This document shows, in pieces, positions 18,735 to 27,067 of a DNA stretch of 64,000 nt. The DNA comes from Bryobacterales bacterium (lineage in GTDB: Bacteria; Acidobacteriota; Terriglobia; Bryobacterales; UBA6623): NCBI GenBank assembly GCA_965226245.1, contig CBDDCL010000015.1:3574515-3638514 (forward strand), in the 5' to 3' direction. The stretch's first letter is position 1, and every line of letters begins with the position of its first letter. Below the pieces are notes generated by a model, which saw nothing but the letters and a program-made list of their open reading frames with translations, was not told where the DNA came from and did not search any database. A program made the translations under genes and the position numbers.

Positions 18735-19931
18735 CTAAAGCGGGACGTCGGTCTCGGTCAGCGCTTCGTAGTCGACGCCGTCTACCTGGAATCCGAACAA
18801 GTTGCTGAATTCTTTGCGGAAGCCGGCGACATCCGAGATTTCCGAAAGGTTTTCGGTTGTCACGCGGCCCCACAGATCGGCGACCGCTGACTGCACGTCT
18901 TCTTGCATTTCGAGGTTGTCGAGACGAATCAGACGTTTGGCGCCGGTGGCGACTTCTTTGCCCGCGGCCAAGTAGTCAAAACATAGCCGGCTGATCTGCT
19001 CGATCGAGCCTTCATGCGTGCCCTTCTGCTTCATCACCCGGAAGAGCAAACTGATGTAAAGGGAGACGACGGGGATAGCGGCCGAGGCCTGCGTGACGAC
19101 AGCTTTGTTGACCGAGACCCAGGCGTGCCCGCCGATCCGCGACGACAGCTCGGCGTCCAGCGAGTGTGCGGTCTGCTCTAGATCTTTCTTTGCGATTCCA
19201 ATCGTCCCATGACGGTAGATGGGCCAGGTGAGCTCGGGACCGACGTAGGAATACGCCAACGTTCTCGCTCCGTCCGCGAGAAGGCCCTCGCTGAGCAGCA
19301 GTTCGATCCAGAGCTTCCAATCTTCGCCACCCATGACGGCAATCGTATCGGCGACTTCCTGTTCTGTTGCCGGCTCGATTGTGACCTTCTTCACGTCGCC
19401 GGTGGAAAAGTCCACTGTTTTGTCTGTAAAGGGCTCACCGATTGTCCTCAGGGCCAAGTTGAACGTTTGGCCCGTGCGGGGGTGTGTGCGGCGCGGGGAG
19501 GCCAGGCTGTAGACGACGAGGTCGACTTTTCCCAGGCCCCGGCGGATGAGGCCGATCGTCTGTCGCTTGCCTTCGTCTGAAAAGGCATCGGCGTTAACTC
19601 CCTCGGCCCAAAGACCGGCTTCTCTTGCCAAGCGGTGGAGTGCGACGGTGTTGTAATAGCCGGCTGAAGCTGTCCTCCTGCCTTCCGGCGGCCGTTCGAA
19701 AAAGACACCGAGCGTCTTGGCGCGGAAGCCCCAGGCCGCCGCGATTCGGGTGGCTAGCCCGTAGCCGGTCGAGCTGCCGATGACGAGGACGTTTTGGGGG
19801 CCGATTGTGCCCGCGGGGCGAGCCTGGAGAACCGCATCAATCTGATGTTGGACGTTGCGGGCGCAGCCTTGCGGGTGAGCGTTGATGCAGATGAAACCTC
19901 GAGAGCGTTGCTTTACGGTCTGTTGTGGCAT
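18735..19931 (-). CDS. fabV: Enoyl-ACP / trans-2-enoyl-CoA reductase FabV
   Basis: RGFICINAHPQGC, VLVIGSSTGYGLA, TASAGYYN, YSLASPRR, VMGGEDW, YSYVGPELT, GTIGIAK, KAVVTQASAAIP. Confidence 0.95.
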   Translation of the reverse strand: MPQQTVKQRSRGFICINAHPQGCARNVQHQIDAVLQARPAGTIGPQNVLVIGSSTGYGLATRIAAAWGFRAKTLGVFFERPPEGRRTASAGYYNTVALHRLAREAGLWAEGVNADAFSDEGKRQTIGLIRRGLGKVDLVVYSLASPRRTHPRTGQTFNLALRTIGEPFTDKTVDFSTGDVKKVTIEPATEQEVADTIAVMGGEDWKLWIELLLSEGLLADGARTLAYSYVGPELTWPIYRHGTIGIAKKDLEQTAHSLDAELSSRIGGHAWVSVNKAVVTQASAAIPVVSLYISLLFRVMKQKGTHEGSIEQISRLCFDYLAAGKEVATGAKRLIRLDNLEMQEDVQSAVADLWGRVTTENLSEISDVAGFRKEFSNLFGFQVDGVDYEALTETDVPL

Positions 19932-20031
19932 GGGGTCGGGTTGCCGCTGGCGTTTGAGTGCGCGTTATGGGCGTTTAATACGCGTTACGGGCGTTGGGCA
20001 CGCGTCGCCGCTGCGCGGCAACGGGCCGGCA

Positions 20032-20817
20032 TCAGGTGTGGGTCAGGTAGTCCATCCGGCCGCCGTCCGCCATCAAGTACTGCCCAGTCATGAAGCTCGT
20101 TTTGTCGGAAGCCAGAAACGACACCACATGAGCGATATCTTCCACCTCGCCTGGACGGGCCAGCATCGATCTTGATGACACGGTTTCGAGGATTTGTTCC
20201 ACTTGCTCCGGCGGTTTCCCGCCGGTGGTCATGTCGGTGACGGTAAATCCGGGAAGAACCGCGTTGACGGTAATTCCATGCTTGCCAAAGTCAAACGCGA
20301 AACGCTTTGTCAGAATCGCTACTGCCGCCTTCGTCGCGGCGTACATCGTGGTCCCAGGGAAAGCGGTTCCCATGGCGGCATTGGACGAGAGGTTAATGAT
20401 GCGGCCGTACTTGCGCTCGATCATCGATGGGACGACGGCGCCCGTGCAATGGAGCACACCCTTGACGTTGACTCCCCACATGCGGTCGAGGTCCTCTTCT
20501 TTGTAGTCGAGCAGTTCGCCGGGGATCAGCAGGCCGGCGTTGTTGACGAGGATGTCGATGGGGCCGAGTTCTTTTGTGACCTGCCCGGCCATGGCTTCGA
20601 CGGCGGTCTTATCGGCGACATCCGCCTGTATCGTGATGGCTCGCCCTCCGTGGCCCTCAATCTCAGCGGCTGTCTGTCGCGCGGCCTCGGCATTGGCGCG
20701 GTAGTTGACGGCAACAGCGGCGCCATTGGCCGCCAAGGCCTTGGCGATGGCGCGGCCGATGCCTCGCGAGGCGCCTGTTACGAGCGCGACTCTGCCGTGC
20801 GCGATGTCTGAACCCAT
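20032..20817 (-). CDS. SDR family oxidoreductase (FabG-like)
   Basis: VTGASRGIG, LVNNAG, YAATK, NAVLPG, ADGG. Confidence 0.92.
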   Translation of the reverse strand: MGSDIAHGRVALVTGASRGIGRAIAKALAANGAAVAVNYRANAEAARQTAAEIEGHGGRAITIQADVADKTAVEAMAGQVTKELGPIDILVNNAGLLIPGELLDYKEEDLDRMWGVNVKGVLHCTGAVVPSMIERKYGRIINLSSNAAMGTAFPGTTMYAATKAAVAILTKRFAFDFGKHGITVNAVLPGFTVTDMTTGGKPPEQVEQILETVSSRSMLARPGEVEDIAHVVSFLASDKTSFMTGQYLMADGGRMDYLTHT

Positions 20818-21025
20818 ATTGCCTCCGGTTCAACATTCTAACCAGTTTCCAGAGCGAGGCTGTTTTGGGCTGCGGCTCAGGCGGCCGCCAATCCACTTTG
20901 GTGCTACCAGGCCCCCAGGTCGAATAGTGTTGAAGGGCGATGATAATGTCCCCTTGAGAGGGCGATAGAAATGTCCCCTAATCTAAGGCTCCAGAAAGGA
21001 GGAGCCGAGATTGGAGAGGACATGG

Positions 21026-22291
21026 ATGAACGACAAGGAATTGAGACGGGGCGAGGTGCTGGGCCGGGTGAAGCGAGGCGAGTTAAAGCTGAGCGAGGCG
21101 GCGCAGGTGCTCGACATCAGTTACCGCCAGAGCAAGCGGATCTGGAAGCGCTACAGCGCGGGAGGGACAAAAGCATTGAAGCACGGCAACGTGGGCCGGG
21201 TATCGAACCGGGCCAAGCCAGCGGAAGTTCGCAAGCGAGTGCTGCAACTGGTGCGCGAGAACTACTCCGGCGAACCGCACGAGCGCTTCGGGCCTACTCT
21301 GGCGGCCGAGCATTTGCGAAAGGACCACGATCTGCAAGTATCGGTGCGGGCACTGCGGCTCTGGATGCTCGCCGAGGGTCTGTGGAGCCGCCGCCGCAAG
21401 CGCCAGCCGCATCGCCAGCGGCGGCAGCGCAAAGCGCACTTCGGGGAGCTGATCCAGGTCGACGGCTCGCACCACCGATGGCTCGAAGATCGCGGCCCGA
21501 AAGGTTGCCTGATGAACTTCGTCGACGATGCGAGCGGCCGGGCGCTGTGCCGCTTCTCGAGCGAAGAGACAACTTGGGCGGCGGCCGATCTGCTCGAAGC
21601 CTGGGTGCGTCAATACGGCGTTCCGAAGGCGTTGTATTGCGACTGGAAGAACGTCTACAAGCGCCAGCCGACGTCGCGCGAAGCGCTGGAAGGCATCGAG
21701 CCCGAGACGCAGTTCGGGCGCATGTGCGCCAAGCTGGGGATCCGCATCATCGCGGCATCGTCGCCGCAAGCCAAGGGCCGCGTGGAGCGGCATCACGGCA
21801 CCCATCAAGACCGCCTGATCAAGAAGATGCGACTGCAAGGTATCTGCGATTACGAGGCGGCGAACCGCTATCTCGGCGAGCAATATCTGGGGGAACACAA
21901 CGCCAAATTTGTCTGCGAGCCAGCGGCGGAAGCGGACTTTCATCAGCGCCCGCCCAAGCGTCTGGACTTAAAGTGGGTGTTCTGCTTGGAGGCCGAGCGA
22001 GTCGTCTCCAACGATCGGGTGGTCCGTTTCGAGAACCGCTTCTTACAGTTGAAACCGAAGCGCAATCAGGCTCTGGGGGCGGGGGGGAGAGTCACCGTGC
22101 AGCAAGCGCGCCAGGGCGAGTTGCAGGTGATCCACGAAGGCCGAGCGGTGGCCTTTGAAGAGATCACGTGGCCCGAGCCGAAGCCGCGCCCCAAGCCGAA
22201 ACAACAAGCGGCCCGGCAGCGGCCCAAGCCGGCGGCGGACCACCCTTGGCGTAAGTTGCTGCGGTCGAAAAAACGTGCGGCGACGACATAA
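21026..22291 (+). CDS. DDE transposase (IS1202/ISNCY type, rve-like core)
   Basis: N-terminal HTH, FGPTLAAEHL, GELIQVDGSHHRW, VDDASG, YCDWK, SSPQAKGRVER..HQDRL. Confidence 0.92.
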   Translation: MNDKELRRGEVLGRVKRGELKLSEAAQVLDISYRQSKRIWKRYSAGGTKALKHGNVGRVSNRAKPAEVRKRVLQLVRENYSGEPHERFGPTLAAEHLRKDHDLQVSVRALRLWMLAEGLWSRRRKRQPHRQRRQRKAHFGELIQVDGSHHRWLEDRGPKGCLMNFVDDASGRALCRFSSEETTWAAADLLEAWVRQYGVPKALYCDWKNVYKRQPTSREALEGIEPETQFGRMCAKLGIRIIAASSPQAKGRVERHHGTHQDRLIKKMRLQGICDYEAANRYLGEQYLGEHNAKFVCEPAAEADFHQRPPKRLDLKWVFCLEAERVVSNDRVVRFENRFLQLKPKRNQALGAGGRVTVQQARQGELQVIHEGRAVAFEEITWPEPKPRPKPKQQAARQRPKPAADHPWRKLLRSKKRAATT

Positions 22292-22300
22292 AAAAGGCAG

Positions 22301-22441
22301 GGCTATGGAAATGACGGGACGGATGGAAAGCGTGGAAAACCTCAGCGAGCAGCGCAGAGGGTTCGCATCGCAACGACAGGTTTCCCACCCTTCCCACCGT
22401 CCCTTGGAAATCGCTGACGCGATTTCCACATTCCCACAGCC
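22301..22441. other. Multi-stem palindromic cassette inside the IS right end
   Basis: Outer arms 22301-22313 / 22429-22441, long hairpin 22316-22341 / 22379-22403, hairpin 22405-22428. Confidence 0.7.
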
Positions 22442-22634
22442 CCGACGACGACGATTATCTCTTACGAACTTACAAACAACAAAACGAAGGGGACATTTCT
22501 ATCGCCCTACCGCCGGGGACATTTCTATCGCCTCTTGACACCCCCAGGTCGAATAGATGACATTGGACACCAGGGATAGTAGACTGCTCACAGCAGGTCT
22601 TGCCGCCGATCTGACCGCAGGCTCGTCATGCAGT

Positions 22635-22662
22635 TTGTATTACAGCACGGTAGGAGTATAAT
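22635..22662 (+). promoter_or_regulatory. Putative sigma70 promoter upstream of glgP
   Basis: TTGTAT-16 bp-TATAAT. Confidence 0.45.
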
Positions 22663-22744
22663 TCAAGGTTTTGCCACCGTTTGCGCTCGGTCGTAAGATT
22701 GTCAGGGAACGGCGGAGAGCAGGCGTTTTTTCGGATGAGTCCGT

Positions 22745-24483
22745 TTGGCAGCCGCTAAACCGGTCGAGGAGATGAGAGCCATAAAACCACGTGTGTTGCA
22801 CCCGCCGAAGGTGGCGTACTTCACGATGGAAGTCGCGCTACACCCGAAAGTTCCAACGTACAGTGGCGGCCTTGGGGTGCTGGCCGGTGATACGTTGCGT
22901 TCGGCGGCCGACCTCGGTGTTTCGATGTTCGGCGTGACCCTGCTCCACAGAAGGGGTTATTTCAATCAGAGTCTGGACAAATCCGGCAACCAAACCGAGA
23001 ACCCGGTCGAATGGGATCCAAGTGACCATCTCGAACCCATGGATCCGCTGGTGACGCTCACTCTGGCCGGGAGGCCCGTTCACGTTCGTTGTTGGCGCTA
23101 TCCGGTTCACGGTGTCAACGGGCACTTGGTCCCTGTTTACTTCTTGGATACGGATGTGAGCACGAACAACGACTGGGATCGCGGAATCACGGGCTCTTTG
23201 TACGGAGGGGACGAGTATTACCGCCTTTGCCAGGAATTCGTTCTTGGGGTCGGCGGGCTTCAGATGCTGCGCCAGCTCGGGCACACCGATATCGAGAACT
23301 ATCACATGAACGAGGGGCACTCGGCTCTGCTGGTGCTGCGTCTGCTCGAAAGACAGCTTTCCAAGAGCGGACGGCGGTTTCCCGGTGAAGAGGATCTGGC
23401 CGTGCTGCGAAAGAAGTGCGTGTTCACCACCCACACGCCTATTCCGGCCGGCCATGACTCGTTTCCCGAAGAGATGGTGCGGCGAGTGCTCGGCGATGAC
23501 AGAACAACGTTACTGTTTTCGACGGGCTTTTCGGGCTCCGACGAACTCAATATGACGCGTCTGGCGCTGCACCACTCGAACTACGTGAACGGCGTGGCGA
23601 TGAGGCACGGTGAAGTTTCGCGCAAGATGTTTCCGAAGTACCGCATCAAGGCGCTGACCAACGGCGTTCATGCGATGACTTGGCTGTCGCGGCCGATGCA
23701 GGAAGTCCTCGACCGGGAGATTCCGGAATGGCGCCACGACAACATCTACCTTCGCTACGCCATCAACATTCCTCTCAGGGATATTCGCGAGGCCCATGCC
23801 CGGGCCAAACGCACCTTGCTAAACGCTTTGCATGACGCCACCGGCGAGCGGCTCGAAGAAGACGTTTTTACGATCGGATTCGCTCGCCGGGCGACGGGTT
23901 ATAAACGCGCGGATCTTTTGTTTCGTGATGCCAAGCGGCTGGAAGAGATCGTCAAGAAGGCAGGGAAACTTCAGATCATCTATGGCGGCAAGGCGCATCC
24001 CCGCGATGACGGCGGAAAAGATCTCATCCGCCGGGTTTTCGCGGCTGCTGACAAGCTTTCTGCCTCGATCAAGATCACCTACGTCGAGAACTACGACATC
24101 ACTTGGGGAGCGATGATCTGCAGCGGCGTTGACCTGTGGCTGAATACCCCCGAGAAGGAGCGCGAGGCATCGGGTACAAGCGGGATGAAGGCGGCTTTGA
24201 ACGGCGTGCCGAGCCTCAGCGTATTGGATGGCTGGTGGCTCGAAGGGCACATCGAAGGAGTGACAGGCTGGTCGATTGAAGACGGCGGGGAGGGCGAAGC
24301 CGGAGAGGCTGCTTCGCTTTACGAGAAGCTGGAAAAGGTGTCCTTCCAATGCACTACCACGACCCGGACGCTTATGCCAAAGTGATGCGGTCGGCGATTG
24401 CGCTCAACGGGACGTTCTTCAATACCCAGCGGATGGTGATGCAATACGTGTTCAACGCCTATTCGACGGCGAATGGGGCGTAG
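22745..24483 (+). pseudogene. glgP: Alpha-glucan phosphorylase with a 1-nt frameshift near 24340 (real lesion or assembly error)
   Basis: VAYFTME, YSGGLGVLAGD, HMNEGH, FTTHTP, TNGVH, IGFARRATGYKRADL, EASGTSGMKAALNG. The conserved C-terminus LPMHYHDPDAYAKVMRSAIALNGTFFNTQRMVMQY continues in another frame to TAG 24481-24483. Confidence 0.85.
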
Positions 24484-24603
24484 GTTTCCGGGGGTGGCGA
24501 TCGTGAGAGATGCTTGTCCCGGTCCTCCCGCGCATGATTGGCTTGATTGTGGCTTGATCGTCGCGGCTTCGCCCCCGGTCCGTCGCTATACTCTTAGGCA
24601 GAC

Positions 24604-24897
24604 GTGGCGCTGTCGAACCCGGTATTGCTTTCGAAGCGACAAGAGCTTTTGGACGCAGCCCGCCGCCATGGGGGGGCCAATCTCCGGGTCTTCGGTTCGA
24701 ACGCCCGCGGCGAGGATCGGCCCGAAAGCGACTTCGACTTCCTAGTTGATTGCGGCCCCCACAGGCCTCCCTTTTTCCCGGGCGGTTTGCAGGCGGCTCT
24801 CGAGGAAATCCTCGGCCGAAAAGTAGATCTGGTCACGGAGTCGTCGCTGCACCCGAAGATTCGCGGCCGGATCTTGCGGGAAGCGCTTCCGTTGTGA
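24604..24897 (+). CDS. Minimal nucleotidyltransferase (MNT-type antitoxin)
   Basis: RVFGSNARGEDRPESDFDFLV, LEEILGRKVDLVT. Confidence 0.88.
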   Translation: MALSNPVLLSKRQELLDAARRHGGANLRVFGSNARGEDRPESDFDFLVDCGPHRPPFFPGGLQAALEEILGRKVDLVTESSLHPKIRGRILREALPL

Positions 24898-25058
24898 CGG
24901 AACAGGACCGGCTATACCTGGAGCATATCCTCGACTGCATCAGCCGGATAGAGGGCTACGCCGGACCCGGTCGAGACGCGTTCCATTCGCGGACGATCAT
25001 CCAAGACTCGGTCGTTCGCAACCTTACATTTGATCGGGGAGTCGTCGAAGCGGGCTAG
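24894..25058 (+). pseudogene. Truncated HEPN/DUF86 (HepT-like) toxin
   Basis: GTGA overlap with the MNT stop; MTEQDRLYLEHILDCISRIEGY...IQDSVVRNL. A shifted frame gives LIGESSKR, then the sequence meets the convergent gene before any RX4-6H motif. Confidence 0.75.
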
Positions 25059-25906
25059 CCCTGGACCACCGGGTTTTCGAGAATGCCGATGCCGTCGATT
25101 TCGACTTCGACGATGTCTCCGGCTTTCATTGGGCTGGTGCTGCCCGGCGTTCCGGTATAGATCACATCGCCGGCGGAAAGCGTAATGTAGCGGCTGACGA
25201 AGCTCACAATAGCGGCCGGGCCGAATATCAGGTCATTCACGCGCTGCTTCTGCATCACCTTGCCGTTGAGGCGAAGCTGAATCCAGGACTTGTCGTAGTC
25301 GAGCCCGACAGCGATCGCCGGCCCCAGCGGCGCGAAGGTGTCGGAACCCTTGGCGCGCCACCATTGAACGTCCTTCTTATCGCCTTTTGACCCGCCCTGC
25401 CAGTTGCGGTCGCTGACGTCGTTGCCGCAGGTGTAGCCCAGGATGTAGCCGGGCGCGTCTTCTTCGGAGACATTGCGGGCGGTCTTGCCCATGACGATGA
25501 CGAACTCGGCTTCAAAATGGACGTCCTTCGCGCCCTTGGGGATGACGATATCACCGCCCGGGTGCTGCAAGGCGGTCAGCGGCTTGTAGAAGATTTCAGG
25601 GTTTGCCGGAGGTTCGCGCTCACCTATGTGGCTGCCGTAATTGAGTCCAACGGCAAGCACTTTAGTCGGCTCGATGGGATAGAGTAGCTTGACGTCCGCG
25701 GTCTTCACTTTTTCGCCGGTTGGCTTGCGGTCGCCTAACAAATCGCCTTCGATTTTCTCGATCGTGTCGCCGGAGAGAATTCCGTGGGAGACGCTGCCTC
25801 CCTGCTCGAATCGTACGTAAAGAGTGACTCCGTTTGAAGCTTTCTGGGCCATTACCGCACCTCCAACTGCTAATGCTGTCATGAATGTTCTACGGGTTGT
25901 TGACAT
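25055..25906 (-). CDS. Fumarylacetoacetate-hydrolase-family protein with Tat-like signal
   Basis: TRRTFM, KVLAVGLNY, PEIFYKP, HFEAEF, GYTCGNDVSDR, WRAKGSDTF, GDVIYTGTPG. Confidence 0.9.
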   Translation of the reverse strand: MSTTRRTFMTALAVGGAVMAQKASNGVTLYVRFEQGGSVSHGILSGDTIEKIEGDLLGDRKPTGEKVKTADVKLLYPIEPTKVLAVGLNYGSHIGEREPPANPEIFYKPLTALQHPGGDIVIPKGAKDVHFEAEFVIVMGKTARNVSEEDAPGYILGYTCGNDVSDRNWQGGSKGDKKDVQWWRAKGSDTFAPLGPAIAVGLDYDKSWIQLRLNGKVMQKQRVNDLIFGPAAIVSFVSRYITLSAGDVIYTGTPGSTSPMKAGDIVEVEIDGIGILENPVVQG

Positions 25907-25948
25907 GGCTGACTCGTTTGCTGACTCGGGGGCTGAATCGCGTCTGAA

Positions 25949-26815
25949 TCAGCCGGCGACGACTTTGTTGCGGAGAACGCCGATGCCGTCGATCTCGACT
26001 TCCGCTACGTCGCCCGGTTTCATGGCGCTGGTTTTACCGGGAGTTCCAGTGAAGATCACGTCGCCCGGCAGCAGCGTCACGTACTGGCTGATGAAGCTGA
26101 CTGTCAACGGCGGTTTGTGAATTAAGTCGACGAGGCCCTGCTCTTGCTTGACTTCACCGTTGAGACGCAGCCGAATGCTGGACTTTTCGTAATCCAAGCC
26201 GACCGCGATCGCCGGACCCATCGGGGAGAAAGTTTCCGCGCCTTTGGCACGCCACCACTGCATGTCCTTTTGATCGCCCTGCGAACCATTCTGCCAGTTC
26301 CGCTCGCTGACGTCGTGGCCGCAGGTGTAGCCCAGGATGTGGCTGGGCGCTTCCTCCACTGAGATGCGCTGCGCCTTCTTGCCGATGACGACGACGAACT
26401 CCGCCTCAAAGTGAACATCTTTGGAGTCCGCAGGCAGCACGATGTCGCCTTCGGGATGCTGCAGCGACGTGATCGGCTTGTAGAAAATTTCGGGGTTGGC
26501 CGGCAGGGCGCTATCTTCGCCGATATGACTCTTGTAATTGCCCGCCATCGCCAGCACCTTTGACGGCTCGATGGGGTACAACAGCTTGACGCTGCTTGCT
26601 TCGACCGTCGTACCGTTGGGGGTTCGGCTGCCAAACAGATCACCGTCGATCTCTTCAATCGTGTCCCCGCTGAGGACGCCGAACTTCACGCTGCCGCCTT
26701 GTTCGTAGCGTACGTAGCGAGTGACTCCAGGGTAGGGATCGGGGGCGGACGAACAAGCCCAAGTCGATAAACCACCGGCTATGGCTGCCAGAAAACTTCT
26801 TCTCGATGAACGCAT
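25949..26815 (-). CDS. Fumarylacetoacetate-hydrolase-family paralog with Tat/lipoprotein-like signal
   Basis: GGAGGA RBS then ATG 26815; SRRSFLAAIAGGLSTWAC; KVLAMAGNY, HFEAEF, GHDVSER, WRAKG, GDVIFTGTPG. Confidence 0.9.
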   Translation of the reverse strand: MRSSRRSFLAAIAGGLSTWACSSAPDPYPGVTRYVRYEQGGSVKFGVLSGDTIEEIDGDLFGSRTPNGTTVEASSVKLLYPIEPSKVLAMAGNYKSHIGEDSALPANPEIFYKPITSLQHPEGDIVLPADSKDVHFEAEFVVVIGKKAQRISVEEAPSHILGYTCGHDVSERNWQNGSQGDQKDMQWWRAKGAETFSPMGPAIAVGLDYEKSSIRLRLNGEVKQEQGLVDLIHKPPLTVSFISQYVTLLPGDVIFTGTPGKTSAMKPGDVAEVEIDGIGVLRNKVVAG

Positions 26816-26948
26816 ACGTCCTCCTGAGATATACCGCGCTAGTGTAGCAGAAGCCTCCTCAGAGATGGGCGCGGGCGGAGCGGCCAAGCGCAGCCAGAAC
26901 TGCTAGCTGCCCTTCGATTTGACCCAGGCTCCCGCCTGGGGCTCTGAG

Positions 26949-27036
26949 TCTTCGTCCTGAGGCCTTTGCTTCGCTCGCAACGGCTGACCCACTCTTCGTC
27001 CTGGGGCCTTTGCTTTGCTCGCAACGGCTGACCCAC
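26949..27036. repeat. 44-bp tandem repeat (2 copies)
   Basis: TCTTCGTCCTG(A/G)GGCCTTTGCTT(C/T)GCTCGCAACGGCTGACCCAC at 26949 and 26993. Confidence 0.85.
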
Positions 27037-27055
27037 TCGCTTGCGCTCGGGGCTC
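27032..27055 (-). repeat. REP-like short element just after the Gfo/Idh/MocA stop
   Basis: Reverse complement GAGCCCCGAGCGCAAGCGAGTGGG. Confidence 0.55.
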
Positions 27056-27067
27056 TGAATCCGCACC

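Larger units (their letters stand above)
20928..22540 (+). mobile_element. Complete IS1202-like (ISNCY) insertion sequence, 1613 bp, with 16-bp target duplication
   Basis: Ends TGT...ACA. Repeated subterminal motif GGCGATAGAAATGTCCCC twice per end (20935-20953, 20960-20978; inverted at 22489-22507, 22515-22532). Direct repeat CCCCCAGGTCGAATAG at 20912-20927 and 22541-22556. Confidence 0.88.

Noticed and set aside
22301-22441. Replication origin, because of TTCCACA/TGTGGA-like DnaA-box resemblance
   Set aside because: No exact TTATCCACA boxes, no unwinding element, not near dnaA, and it lies within an IS.
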